Source of the DNA: Candidatus Omnitrophota bacterium
Lineage (GTDB): Bacteria; Omnitrophota; Gorgyraeia; Duberdicusellales; Duberdicusellaceae
DNA: 64,000 bases
Direction of reading: 5' to 3'
Assembly (NCBI GenBank): GCA_016932855.1
Contig: JAFGCB010000025.1
Location: 13,868-77,867 of the forward strand
The position numbers were made by a program, and so were the translations under genes. Below, piece after piece: positions 18,926-28,609 of this stretch. Numbering within the stretch: position 1 is the first letter of the stretch; every line of letters begins with the position of its first letter. Under the pieces are notes generated by a model. It did not search any database, was not told the origin of the DNA, and saw only the letters and a list, made by a program, of their open reading frames with translations.

Positions 18926-19132
18926 ATGAAGCCTTTGATTTACTTGGTGTTTTTAATTTTTCTATTTTTCTTTGTTTTCTTCGCGAGCAACACCTGGCAG
19001 ACTGAGCATTCAACAGAAACCCGAGAGGGCATCGAGTACGTGGTAACCAGGCACAGCCTAGACTGGGATAATTTTTTTGACTATTTAAAAGATCTACCCA
19101 GAAATATACGCCTGCGTCTACCCACAAGATAA
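18926..19132 (+). CDS. Hypothetical small membrane protein
   Basis: 68 aa with a very hydrophobic N-terminus. Weak support. Confidence 0.3.
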   Translation: MKPLIYLVFLIFLFFFVFFASNTWQTEHSTETREGIEYVVTRHSLDWDNFFDYLKDLPRNIRLRLPTR

Positions 19133-19154
19133 GAGCCGTATACTAAAGGCAGAT

Positions 19155-19505
19155 ATGAAATACTTGGTTTTCGGTTTTCTGTTTATTTTTGTTTTTTATT
19201 CTCGCGGTTTCTCAGCCGAAGAAGGACGTATTGAACGAGCCCTTAACGAAGTTTTAGAGCTTCAAGCCCCTGAATATGAATGGATTCAGACCCTTAGCCC
19301 CGGCGCCGCCTCAATAGTAGTGGCTTTAGGTGAAATTGATGAAAACACTCCCGAAGCCACGGTTAAAATCAAGATTGAGGAAATTCTGGCTAAGATGCAA
19401 AAGATGAGGAAAGAATTAAAGTCTTATGGCATTACCATTGAGAGTTTTTCGCTTAATATAGGATTCCCGCCCTCTCTTACTATTAATTGCAAGTTCGAAG
19501 ATTAA
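19155..19505 (+). CDS. Hypothetical secreted protein
   Basis: Signal-peptide-like N-terminus (MKYLVFGFLFIFVFYSRGFSA). Confidence 0.4.
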   Translation: MKYLVFGFLFIFVFYSRGFSAEEGRIERALNEVLELQAPEYEWIQTLSPGAASIVVALGEIDENTPEATVKIKIEEILAKMQKMRKELKSYGITIESFSLNIGFPPSLTINCKFED

Positions 19506-19552
19506 ATGGTAAAATTCTAGTAATATACCTAATCCTTTTGAGGCTTAGATTT

Positions 19553-20020
19553 ATGAGAGATAAAAAGGCACTCGCTATAAAGGCTTTAGTTTTATTTATT
19601 GCCGTTTTTGTTTTTTATTGGGCAGCCAAGGCAGATGACAGCCATTGGTATTCAAAAAATCTTTTTGAAGTTACATCCGGCGGCGGGAAGAAATACCAAA
19701 TGGCTATTATTACTAAAACCAATGATAAAGACACCTGCGAGCAGATTCTTAACGCCAAAGGCATGGATGTAGGACGCTGGAAGAATATCGGTAATGATTG
19801 TTCTTCCGGTGAGACTAGCGACGAGGCTTTTGTTTCGATTTTTGATAATAAAGAAGTCGCAACTATTTATGTTTCTTTTGTCGATAATTACGGTTATCCT
19901 ACCCGGATTAACTTTATAGAAGCTCCCAAAGAATTTGCTAATCCCATTGCGGAAAATCTTGCCCAATCCCTGAAAGAGCAGGGCATAGAAAACGCCCAGG
20001 TCATTTATCCTCAGGATTAG
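19553..20020 (+). CDS. Hypothetical secreted protein
   Basis: Internal ATG chosen where a signal peptide begins (MRDKKALAIKALVLFIAVFVFYWAAKA). Confidence 0.4.
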   Translation: MRDKKALAIKALVLFIAVFVFYWAAKADDSHWYSKNLFEVTSGGGKKYQMAIITKTNDKDTCEQILNAKGMDVGRWKNIGNDCSSGETSDEAFVSIFDNKEVATIYVSFVDNYGYPTRINFIEAPKEFANPIAENLAQSLKEQGIENAQVIYPQD

Positions 20021-20177
20021 TCTTCGCAGCACAATCAATATCATCCCTATTTTTAAGCGATAAAATACAAAGATTTGCTTGCGGCCGGAGGGTATATATG
20101 CTATACTTATTCAACTGGATTTATCGCTGGGAGGCGGAAAATCCAGTTTTTTATTGTCTTTTGAGACTTTTTTAACT

Positions 20178-21515
20178 ATGCGGAAAATAGCGAAAAAATA
20201 CCCTGTTATTATTGTTTTATGTAATATTTTTCTCGGGTTTTCTTTTTCTGTTAAGGCCGGTTCTTTAGAGGGGTTTTCCGGTATCAAATTAGATATGGCA
20301 GCTGATAGTTTTCCGGTAGGCAGGCTGAATAGGGCCAGGGATATTCTCGATCCGGAAATCGCTGTATTCAAACAGGAACTGTTGAATTTCTCCGAATTTC
20401 ATTTAAAGACGGTGTTTAAGGAGCAGGGCTATTCAGAGGAGAAGATTTCCGAGATTTCAGATTCTTTCCAGGAACTTTTAAGCTTGATAGCCTCCCGCGT
20501 AGATATAGCTGAGATTAAGAACAGGCTGGGCTCATCCGATATAGAAATAGTTAACGACGCTTGTTTAGAGTTAATGTCGATATTAGGAGATTTGGGCTAT
20601 CTTCGCTCAGTTAAGCCGAAAGCACTGATTACAGATATAACTTATGGAATCAGAGGCGGTCAGGAATTTATCGGTTTTCTTGAAGATTCCGAGGTGTATT
20701 CCAAGCAACAAATTTCGAATCGCTTTGTCCGCTGTGTTTCCAAGACTTTTCTGGGCACTTTGCTCTTTGATTTTCTGGGAATCGAGGTAGAGTCGGCTTA
20801 TTTAAACCTGCATTCTTTTATAGCCATGCAGATAGGCAGTGAGATTTTACTTATTGACTTTGATGGCAGAAGAACGGATGTTATTAACACTTATAACTAT
20901 GAAACCAGGGGTAATTTTTTGGTTTTAAAGAGGCTGTTAGATGAAAATGGGTTAAGTACGGCTAAGGTGCCCGGCTTGTCTTATCCTTTTATTTATTTGG
21001 GAAACAGGAGCATGATTACCGCATTTCTAAACTATAATATGGGCCAGGCCTACCGCTGGGCAGGGTGTTTAGATAAGGCAGAAGAACATTTTCATCGAGC
21101 CATTGAATGCAATCCGGAGTGCGCGGAGAGTTATTACGGCCTGGGGCGTATTTACGGAGAATTACAGGATTTTAAAAAAGCTGAGCTTTATTATCAGCAG
21201 GCAGTAGATAAGAGCCCCTGGAATTTTCTTTTCTACGCCGGACTAGGACATGCGCTTTGTAAACTGAACCAGTATCACCGGGGTTTAGAGGCTTTTATGG
21301 AGGCGGTTAGTTTAAACCCCAAGTTCGCCAGAGGTTATTTCGCTATCGGCACTATTTATCAGAGGCTTGGAAGGCAGGATGAGGCTATTTTTTACTGGGC
21401 AAAGGCAGTTTCCCTGGATTTTCATCTGTTTTCATTGCTTTCTTCCTTCGATATTAAAGCTTATGTCATAGAGCAAATGCTAAAATCGCCTGAGCCGGCG
21501 TCTTTTAGCGGCTAG
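20178..21515 (+). CDS. TPR-repeat protein with signal peptide
   Basis: Internal ATG at the signal peptide (MRKIAKKYPVIIVLC...). C-terminal tandem TPRs (AESYYGLGRIYGELQDFKKAELYYQQAVDKSP etc.). Confidence 0.55.
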   Translation: MRKIAKKYPVIIVLCNIFLGFSFSVKAGSLEGFSGIKLDMAADSFPVGRLNRARDILDPEIAVFKQELLNFSEFHLKTVFKEQGYSEEKISEISDSFQELLSLIASRVDIAEIKNRLGSSDIEIVNDACLELMSILGDLGYLRSVKPKALITDITYGIRGGQEFIGFLEDSEVYSKQQISNRFVRCVSKTFLGTLLFDFLGIEVESAYLNLHSFIAMQIGSEILLIDFDGRRTDVINTYNYETRGNFLVLKRLLDENGLSTAKVPGLSYPFIYLGNRSMITAFLNYNMGQAYRWAGCLDKAEEHFHRAIECNPECAESYYGLGRIYGELQDFKKAELYYQQAVDKSPWNFLFYAGLGHALCKLNQYHRGLEAFMEAVSLNPKFARGYFAIGTIYQRLGRQDEAIFYWAKAVSLDFHLFSLLSSFDIKAYVIEQMLKSPEPASFSG

Positions 21516-21609
21516 AAAACGTTTTCATAAAAGTGTATGCACCCCTTGATTTTTCCTTAACGGTATGTTACACTAGTATGGTTAGCTTTTACCACGGTTA
21601 ACCAAAAAA

Positions 21610-21656
21610 TTTAGCAGGATAAAGGAAGTAGAAATACTTCCTTTTTTTATTGCCTT
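21610..21656 (+). terminator. Terminator-like repeat copy 1 (caggataaagg, 8-bp hairpin, T7, attgcct)
   Basis: aggaagta gaaa tacttcct followed by ttttttt. Direct repeat of 21748-21792. Confidence 0.45.
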
Positions 21657-21747
21657 GATTATCTTAAGGCTGGGTAGTTTCGGCAGGTAGAGTAAAGAAA
21701 GCCTTTACAGCCGCCTTTAATAAGGCTGGCCGAATTGAAAACAGGGA

Positions 21748-21792
21748 TTTAACAGGATAAAGGCAGAAGAACTCTGCCTTTTTTTATTGCCT
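21748..21792 (+). terminator. Terminator-like repeat copy 2
   Basis: aggcaga agaac tctgcct followed by ttttttt. Flanks are the same as copy 1, but the stem differs by compensatory changes. Confidence 0.45.
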
Positions 21793-21853
21793 AGCCTATG
21801 GGTAGAGGTTAGGTCCTTTAAATAGATGTTTTCGGAAAAAAAAGGAGGCGAAG

Positions 21854-24800
21854 ATGAAGACGGGGAAAACAAAGACTAAAAAGAATATTTTTTTATGGGG
21901 AATTATTTTTACGGGATTTCTTTTGGCGAATTTAAACTATGCTTATGCCTGGATGCCTAATTCTTTAGGCAATCCTGAGCTTCTTCAGGAAACCAACCAG
22001 CTTGCCCGCATGCAGCAAGTCATGGTTGATCTAGGTTATTTTAGAGTCATAGAAATAAAAAATCACCATATTCAATTGGGTGATAAGCAGCTGGAGGTTA
22101 TAGAAGCCTACAAGCGCGGCGAGGACGGCAAATTACATCATGTTTTGATTTCATCATTGAACGACGATTGCAGGAATCCGTCTCGTTTAGTTCAGGCGGT
22201 TCTTGCTAATGAGGATTTGCGCAATCTCATTACAGGCGCGCGGGGAAATAATGAAATTAAATTTTGGCTTGAGGTAGCATCTGCGTTAGTGGCTAGCAGC
22301 GACGAAGCTCTTATGGCTGAGTATGGTTCAAAACCAATACCTAAGCTTTACAGGGATATCTTAACCCAGAACGGAAAACCGGCACCGGATTATATTCTTA
22401 ATGAAAACAGGCTTCCTAGAGGAGCAATTTTGGTGGCGGTAGCTGATTTAGGGGTTGTAGACGAGGATGTAATTAATTTAGACGATACAGAAGTGGAAAC
22501 AGATTATAATTTCCCGCCTATAATTATTACCGGTAATCGGGAGCCTTTACCTGAAAATAAAGGCGGCTTGCGCCAGAGACACCCCGGGCCTACTCCGAAT
22601 ATTTTAATAGAAGAAATAGCCTTGACCGATTGGAACGTGGAAGCGCAAACCTATACGGTTGAGGTAGGATTTAAGAGCCAGGCTTTAGTATTTTCCAATC
22701 TAAAGGCAAGTGAAATACCCGAATTTGTCGAATTTGCAGAAGTCTATCTTGACTATCTTAACAATAAACAGAATTATATACAGCGAGGAAGAGAAATGCT
22801 GGGTGACAAAACCGATTTTACCAACGCTAAGATTGAAGGCATAATCGGGCTTGTTGATCATCTTAATCAGACAGGCAATGAATTTTTCGCTTCCAGGAAA
22901 GAAAACTTACTTTCGATTTTAGAGGGAAGTTCTGTGCATGACGGTGATTATACTGTCGGTCAATTTTACACTTCTGTTGATCAGACCGATAAGGTTTTCG
23001 CGGTATTTGAAGGCGAAATTCAACTTGTTTTCACCGGCGATGACGGCCAGCAGAAAAAAGTTTCGGTAAGCAGGGAATATGTAGTAGGCCTTCTTGCTCT
23101 TTGCGATATATCCGGCCGGGCAGCGTATCAGAACGATAATTTCTTCACCCAGGATGCCGGAAGAATTGCTGAAGGCCTTTTCGAGAGAGCTAAAGACGGG
23201 GATTATGCGTCTTTAAGCGAGCTCAGTGAGTTATATCATGATCCTGATACGCAGTACCTGGAAAGGCCGGGCGGCCAGGCCAGCGGTGCAGCAGATGGCA
23301 GTTTTCGCGTAGACGGCTCAGGCGCGACAGAAGACAGATGGCAGATTGACTTAGAGAATATAGGTTTTGATGGAATTGCTCTTTACAGAGTCGAAGCTAG
23401 AAGCGCCGGGGACGCAAATCACTTGGATGTGGCAATTGAGGCTGACGCACAGAGTAATATCCCTGCCGGCGCTAACGCGGAAGAGGGAGATTACTTAGGT
23501 AAGGCAGTCCTTACAGCTTCAGGCGCGCTTAACGGCCATGAAATTGTCACAAAAATTAACGGCTTAAGAATTACTGAACAGGGATTTACCTTTGAAGCAT
23601 TCCAAAGAGAAACCCAAGGCTATGTGGATAATGATTATTTTTGGGTAAATGCTCAGGTAGACCGTTCGACTAACCCCGAGAACTTTACCGGTCATGCGAC
23701 AGGCGAGTATAACGTGGGTCACATAAGCCGTGTTTTTGACGTAAGCGTTAATGCTGACAGCGGAGCAATCGAGGAAGTTAAAGAATTCTTAAGAGACAAT
23801 CTTCCTGATATAGATGAGGAAACAGCCATACAGATAGCAGAGGATGCTTACTCGAATATTGCAGCTTTAGTTGAGCGTAAATGGGAAAGCGGCGCTAATA
23901 TAACTTCCGAGGATATATACAATTGTATAGTTAACGCTATTGTGGATAACACTGACTACACCCGCAGCGAAGTCGGGGATATGGCGTCTGATCTTCGGCA
24001 GTTTGCCGACGCCATGTTTGAGCGGATAGTAACAACTAACTATGTTGAGACCCCCCGAGACAGCCGCACTTTACTTGATGATAAAAGAGATATAGGTATT
24101 GTGCTTGGTAAAGCATTTTCCGGAGAGTTAGAAATTCACGCCGTAGGCATTGAGGTAGACGGACGGGTGCAGGTCGGCTTTACAGTTGCAGAGGGAGGAG
24201 TTAAAGTCGGTCCTATGCAAGTAGTTGCCGCACCTACCATTACTTTACCGAAACCGGATATGAGTTTTACAGCTTTTCTTGAAAACGCTCATTTAACCGG
24301 CGCGGTTATAGGCTGGAACAGAAGTGAAAATATCGGTGACTTGAGTCAGAGTTTACTTGCCAGTTCGCAGGGTAAATTTAGTTCATCGCAGCTAGCAACT
24401 TACAGCCGATATTTGCGTGATTACATTGATGAAGCTAAGAATCCATCTTTTGGCTGGTCTGGCTTTGTAGGGTATTTAGGCAGGCCTGCTGAGGGTGATT
24501 ACGGTGTTTCCGGAGACAGGATGTTAAGTCAAGGCCTTGCCAAGGATGCCTATATAGCCACGCTTATCTACGGAAAATCAGCGGGTCTTAACAAAGAGAC
24601 TAAAGAGGGGCTTACTACCTTTTTAAGCTTTTGTTTAAACGATGAACTTGATTTTTCCGTTCCTCATGCGGATATAATAGCTCAGGTAGAGCAGCGACTT
24701 GAGAACCTCAATCGCGAGATAACCCTAAAGGATGTAAAGCAGGCTTTTAGTGAAGCTTTGGTGAATTTAGGTTTAGAAGGTCATGAGGCAGAGCTTTTTG

Positions 24801-25150
24801 AATCAGAGGCTTTTTCGCCTATGGCAAATTTAATTATTAAAGATATAAACACCCTGGTATACTTCGGGGTTAGTTTCATAAACCGGGATAATTCTAATTC
24901 CTTGCAGTTTAACGCGGGTTCTTCAAAAGCTTTTGGAAGCTTACTTCTTTCAACCAACCCCAGAGATAATTTCAACTTCTCAGCAGGGTTTGGCGTAAAA
25001 TTCAGTGATACTACGATCAGGTTTGGGTTGAATAAAGAAGGCAAGGGCCAGATTGATGCAGCAAGAAGTTTTGATAATGGAACAGTTTTAAGCGGCACAG
25101 CAACGCCCGGTCTTTATATGCTTCGTCTCGGTATACCCCTCAATCCATAA
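21854..25150 (+). CDS. Large (1098 aa) secreted/surface protein, unknown function
   Basis: Clean ORF with an SD (AAAGGAGG) and a signal peptide. It is Asp/Gly-rich, and its C-terminal ~200 aa have alternating amphipathic strands, possibly a beta-barrel or anchoring domain. No motif I can name. Confidence 0.6.
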   Translation: MKTGKTKTKKNIFLWGIIFTGFLLANLNYAYAWMPNSLGNPELLQETNQLARMQQVMVDLGYFRVIEIKNHHIQLGDKQLEVIEAYKRGEDGKLHHVLISSLNDDCRNPSRLVQAVLANEDLRNLITGARGNNEIKFWLEVASALVASSDEALMAEYGSKPIPKLYRDILTQNGKPAPDYILNENRLPRGAILVAVADLGVVDEDVINLDDTEVETDYNFPPIIITGNREPLPENKGGLRQRHPGPTPNILIEEIALTDWNVEAQTYTVEVGFKSQALVFSNLKASEIPEFVEFAEVYLDYLNNKQNYIQRGREMLGDKTDFTNAKIEGIIGLVDHLNQTGNEFFASRKENLLSILEGSSVHDGDYTVGQFYTSVDQTDKVFAVFEGEIQLVFTGDDGQQKKVSVSREYVVGLLALCDISGRAAYQNDNFFTQDAGRIAEGLFERAKDGDYASLSELSELYHDPDTQYLERPGGQASGAADGSFRVDGSGATEDRWQIDLENIGFDGIALYRVEARSAGDANHLDVAIEADAQSNIPAGANAEEGDYLGKAVLTASGALNGHEIVTKINGLRITEQGFTFEAFQRETQGYVDNDYFWVNAQVDRSTNPENFTGHATGEYNVGHISRVFDVSVNADSGAIEEVKEFLRDNLPDIDEETAIQIAEDAYSNIAALVERKWESGANITSEDIYNCIVNAIVDNTDYTRSEVGDMASDLRQFADAMFERIVTTNYVETPRDSRTLLDDKRDIGIVLGKAFSGELEIHAVGIEVDGRVQVGFTVAEGGVKVGPMQVVAAPTITLPKPDMSFTAFLENAHLTGAVIGWNRSENIGDLSQSLLASSQGKFSSSQLATYSRYLRDYIDEAKNPSFGWSGFVGYLGRPAEGDYGVSGDRMLSQGLAKDAYIATLIYGKSAGLNKETKEGLTTFLSFCLNDELDFSVPHADIIAQVEQRLENLNREITLKDVKQAFSEALVNLGLEGHEAELFESEAFSPMANLIIKDINTLVYFGVSFINRDNSNSLQFNAGSSKAFGSLLLSTNPRDNFNFSAGFGVKFSDTTIRFGLNKEGKGQIDAARSFDNGTVLSGTATPGLYMLRLGIPLNP

Positions 25151-25564
25151 GCTGGATAAAGGCGTGTAATTATCGCAGCCAGAATCAGCTTGAAAAGGGT
25201 TAAGGCCTGTGAAACAGGATGTTCTCGCAGGCCTTAAACCATTGTTAATTAAAGGGGACGCTTCTATTTTTTCACAATGAATATAAGCGCCCCCTTTTAC
25301 AAAATCCTTCTTTACACCCCCAAAAAAACCATATATAATAAATTTTCGCAAATATTCCCAAGGGTTTTCGTGTCTTTCGATGAATTCCGGAGGTTTTTAG
25401 CAATTGCAGGCACCTCGGCTTTAATAGCCTTAGTGCCGTCACTTGCCAGCGATAACTTAGTAGGCAAGTGATCCCGAGCAAAGCGAGGGAACTTTGAAAG
25501 GCATCTCGCTTCGCTCGATGCCGAAAAAAATAAAGGAAAGGGAACCTGATATTCTTCATTTTTT

Positions 25565-25640
25565 TCGGGAGGTGGCGCAGTCTGGATTAGCGCACTTGAA
25601 TGGGGTTCAAGGGGTCGTGGGTTCGAATCCCACCCTCCCG
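25565..25640 (+). tRNA. tRNA-Pro (anticodon GGG)
   Basis: Manual fold: acceptor CGGGAGG/CCTCCCG, D-stem GCGC, anticodon stem CTTGA/TCAAG with loop ATGGGGT (U33, GGG, G37), T-arm GTGGG TTCGAAT CCCAC, discriminator A. CCA is not encoded. Confidence 0.8.
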
Positions 25641-25726
25641 ACATAGAAAATAAATATTAAAAATCAAAAATCAAAAACTGATTTTTGAGTTTGTCCTTTA
25701 AGGGACATAGCGCAAGGGAGGTTGTT

Positions 25727-26083
25727 ATGGCTTACGAAGGTCAGGAAAGGAGAAAACATAAGCGGATAAAGGTTAGTTTCGTGGTAAGCTACAGGCCGTT
25801 GGAGAAAGAAGATGACGCGGATTTGTCACAGACAAAAAACTTTTCGCAAGGCGGGATGCTGCTTACTACTAATAAGGCCTTTGGTCCGGGAACACTCCTT
25901 AAGATATTTATACGAGTGCCGCTGGTCAAGGGAAAGATTTACCTTATCGGCCAGGTTTTAGAATCAAAGGAAATAGTTAAAAATCTCATTTACGAAACAA
26001 GGATTGCCTTTCAGAATCTTGAAGATGAGATTGAGCGGATACTGCATGAAACCGTAGGGTCGTTTTTAGAAGGGAAAAAGTAA
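25727..26083 (+). CDS. Single-domain PilZ protein (c-di-GMP receptor family)
   Basis: RKHKR (RxxxR) and NFSQGG (D/NxSxxG) PilZ signature motifs. Internal ATG after an AAGGGAGG SD. Its stop abuts the hom start. Confidence 0.55.
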   Translation: MAYEGQERRKHKRIKVSFVVSYRPLEKEDDADLSQTKNFSQGGMLLTTNKAFGPGTLLKIFIRVPLVKGKIYLIGQVLESKEIVKNLIYETRIAFQNLEDEIERILHETVGSFLEGKK

Positions 26084-26084
26084 C

Positions 26085-27374
26085 ATGCTTAAGAAGAGGA
26101 TAGGCATAATAGGCATAGGTACCGTGGGCAAGCCTTTTTTGGTGCAGCTTAAAAAAAGCCTTTCTTACATAAAAGCTAATCTGGAATTGGATATCAAGAT
26201 ATCTAAGGTTTGCGACATAAATCCCGAAATCAAAAAACTTTCCGGCAAGCTTAATATACCTTTTGTTTCTAGGGCAGAGGATCTTATTTCCGATCCTCAG
26301 ATAGACATCGTGATCGAGCTTATCGGCGGGCTTCACCCGGCCAAAGAATACGTTATTTCCGCCCTCTACCAAGGCAAGGACGTAATCACGGCAAATAAAG
26401 CTCTTTTAGCTAATTACGGGGCTGAGATTTTTAACCTTGCATATAAATTAGGACGGACGGTGAAGTTCGAGGCAGCGGTAGCCGGAGGGGTGCCTTTAAT
26501 AAAGAATGTTTCGGAGGTTTTAAGGTTTGGGAAGATCAGAAATGTTTACGGCATCTTAAACGGCACCACTAATTTTATACTCAGCCAGATGAGCAGGTAT
26601 AGCAAGTCTTTTAGTGAGGTTTTAGAAGAAGCAAAGCAGAAAGGCTTTGCCGAAAAGGATTCATCTCTGGATATAAACGGAACAGACTCTCTCCATAAGA
26701 TATCAATTCTTTGTTTTCTCTGTTTCGGCGCTTTTGTCAAATTGAAAGACGTTATAGTCGAAGGCATAGATAAAATCACTCTTGCAGATATCCTTTATGC
26801 CCAAGAGCTGGGTTTTTCCATAAAGTTGCTGGCAATAGCAAAGAAGGATACTTCAAAAATAGAAGTGCGGGTCCATCCTACTTTGATTTCTCAAGATCAC
26901 CCTTTAGCTAAGACCGGCGGCGTGCTTAACGCCATATTTATCAATACCGACATTGCCGGGAATTTTCTCCTTTCGGGTCTAGGCGCCGGCGGTAAGTCTA
27001 CTTCGCTTTCAGTCTTAAGCGATGTTTTAAGCATATGCAATCAGAAAAACCCTTGGGTTTTAAAAGGACAGAAAAAAAGGAGTTTTTTCAGACGCAAGGA
27101 GGATTTAAGCTGTCGGTACTACCTGCGATTTCAAGCCTTAGACCGTCCCGGTGTTTTGGCCAAGATATCCAAGATTTTAGCTGATTTGGGAATAAGCATT
27201 GCTTCGGTGACCCAGAAGGAAAGGGGTCTGCCTTTATCTAAGTCGAAGTTTGTCCCTATAGTCATGCTTACTCATAAGGCCAAAGAGTCCAGTATCGTTA
27301 AAGCCAGGCAAAGAATAGATAAGCTTTCAGATCTGAAACCCCCTATTCAAATAATTCGGATAGAAAGCCTGTAA
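26085..27374 (+). CDS. hom: Homoserine dehydrogenase
   Basis: 429 aa with an N-terminal NAD-binding GIIGIGTVG, NGTTNFIL and a C-terminal ACT-like domain. Confidence 0.85.
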   Translation: MLKKRIGIIGIGTVGKPFLVQLKKSLSYIKANLELDIKISKVCDINPEIKKLSGKLNIPFVSRAEDLISDPQIDIVIELIGGLHPAKEYVISALYQGKDVITANKALLANYGAEIFNLAYKLGRTVKFEAAVAGGVPLIKNVSEVLRFGKIRNVYGILNGTTNFILSQMSRYSKSFSEVLEEAKQKGFAEKDSSLDINGTDSLHKISILCFLCFGAFVKLKDVIVEGIDKITLADILYAQELGFSIKLLAIAKKDTSKIEVRVHPTLISQDHPLAKTGGVLNAIFINTDIAGNFLLSGLGAGGKSTSLSVLSDVLSICNQKNPWVLKGQKKRSFFRRKEDLSCRYYLRFQALDRPGVLAKISKILADLGISIASVTQKERGLPLSKSKFVPIVMLTHKAKESSIVKARQRIDKLSDLKPPIQIIRIESL

Positions 27375-27426
27375 AAGGCTAAAAATTAAAAACCGGCAGA
27401 TAACTTTAAAAAGGCAAAAGTTTAGT

Positions 27427-28530
27427 ATGTCTATGAAGATAGAGGAGTATAAGGGAGTCATAGATAGATATTTCAAATATCTGCCCGTATCCAATAAGAC
27501 CCCGGTGATAAGTCTTTTGGAAGGCGATACCCCTTTAATCCCGGCCTACAAACTATCAAATCAATTAGGCAAGAAGTTTGAGGTTTTTTTAAAGTACGAA
27601 GGTTTAAATCCTACCGGCTCATTTAAGGATAGAGGCATGACCGTCGCTGTGTCAAAGGCTAAAGAGCAGGGTTCGAAAGCGGTAATCTGCGCTTCTACGG
27701 GCAATACCTCAGCTTCAGCTTCAGCCTATGCGGCCAGAGCAAATTTAAAATCAATAGTTCTTATACCTAAAGGCGCGATTGCTTTGGGGAAGCTTGCTCA
27801 GGCCCTGATACACGGAGCGTGTGTCTTGCCGGTAAAGGGAAACTTCGATGACGCTTTCAGGCTTGTCAAAGAGATTTCTCAGGATTATCCGGTACGTCTG
27901 GTCAATTCTATAAACCCCCATCGGATAGAAGGTCAAAAAACCGCCTCCTTCGAGATTTGCGATGCCTTAAAAGACGCTCCTGATTTTCAGATACTGCCGG
28001 TCGGTAATGCCGGCAATATTACCGCTTATTGGAAAGGATATAAAGAATATAAATCCTTGGGAAAAATCCGAAAACTTCCTGTGATGTGCGGTTTTCAAGC
28101 CCAAGGTTCAGCTCCTATAGTCAAAGGACACCCGATTAAAAATCCCAAAACAATTGCAACTGCCATAAAAATCGGAAACCCCGCCAGCTGGAAAAGCGCA
28201 GAAGCGGCAAGGGACGAGTCCAAAGGCCTTATCGATACGGTCAGCGACAGAGATATTATAGAAGCTTATAAGTTTTTAAGCTCTCAAGAAGGTGTTTTTG
28301 TTGAACCGGCTTCAGCCGCGTCAGTAGCCGGGCTTTTTAAGCTTAAAAAGTTAGGTTATTTTTCTAAGAAAAGTAAGTTTTATTTGAGTTATTCGAAAAC
28401 TATTAAGATTGTATGCATTTTAACCGGCCATGGTTTAAAAGACCCCGATATCGCTATTAAAAATATAAAAGAGCCGAAAGCAGTCGAACCCGATTTGAAA
28501 AAAATCGTAAAACTCCTTAAATTGAAATGA
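27427..28530 (+). CDS. thrC: Threonine synthase
   Basis: PLP-lysine motif GSFKDRGM and a GNTSAS glycine loop, 367 aa. Confidence 0.9.
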   Translation: MSMKIEEYKGVIDRYFKYLPVSNKTPVISLLEGDTPLIPAYKLSNQLGKKFEVFLKYEGLNPTGSFKDRGMTVAVSKAKEQGSKAVICASTGNTSASASAYAARANLKSIVLIPKGAIALGKLAQALIHGACVLPVKGNFDDAFRLVKEISQDYPVRLVNSINPHRIEGQKTASFEICDALKDAPDFQILPVGNAGNITAYWKGYKEYKSLGKIRKLPVMCGFQAQGSAPIVKGHPIKNPKTIATAIKIGNPASWKSAEAARDESKGLIDTVSDRDIIEAYKFLSSQEGVFVEPASAASVAGLFKLKKLGYFSKKSKFYLSYSKTIKIVCILTGHGLKDPDIAIKNIKEPKAVEPDLKKIVKLLKLK

Positions 28531-28609
28531 CGATGTCTAGAGTGCAGTTTTTAAACATTTCCCTTTTCTGTTATCTGTGCTCTATTTTCTGTAATCTAAC
28601 GAAGTTATC

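Noticed and set aside
21600-21800. Possible CRISPR array
   Set aside because: Only two repeat units. The repeats are not identical, the spacing of about 90 nt is too long, and each unit is a hairpin followed by a T-run (terminator-like). No cas genes nearby.
25150-25565. Integrase or genomic-island boundary next to tRNA-Pro
   Set aside because: Looked for an integrase or recombinase ORF and for a direct repeat of the tRNA 3-prime end flanking the 21.8-25.2 kb block. None is evident in the window, so an island call is not supported from sequence alone.
25272-25644. Minus-strand ORFs of 95 and 110 aa overlapping the tRNA-Pro locus
   Set aside because: They run through the tRNA gene and the intergenic region. 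The tRNA fold is convincing, so these ORFs are spurious.
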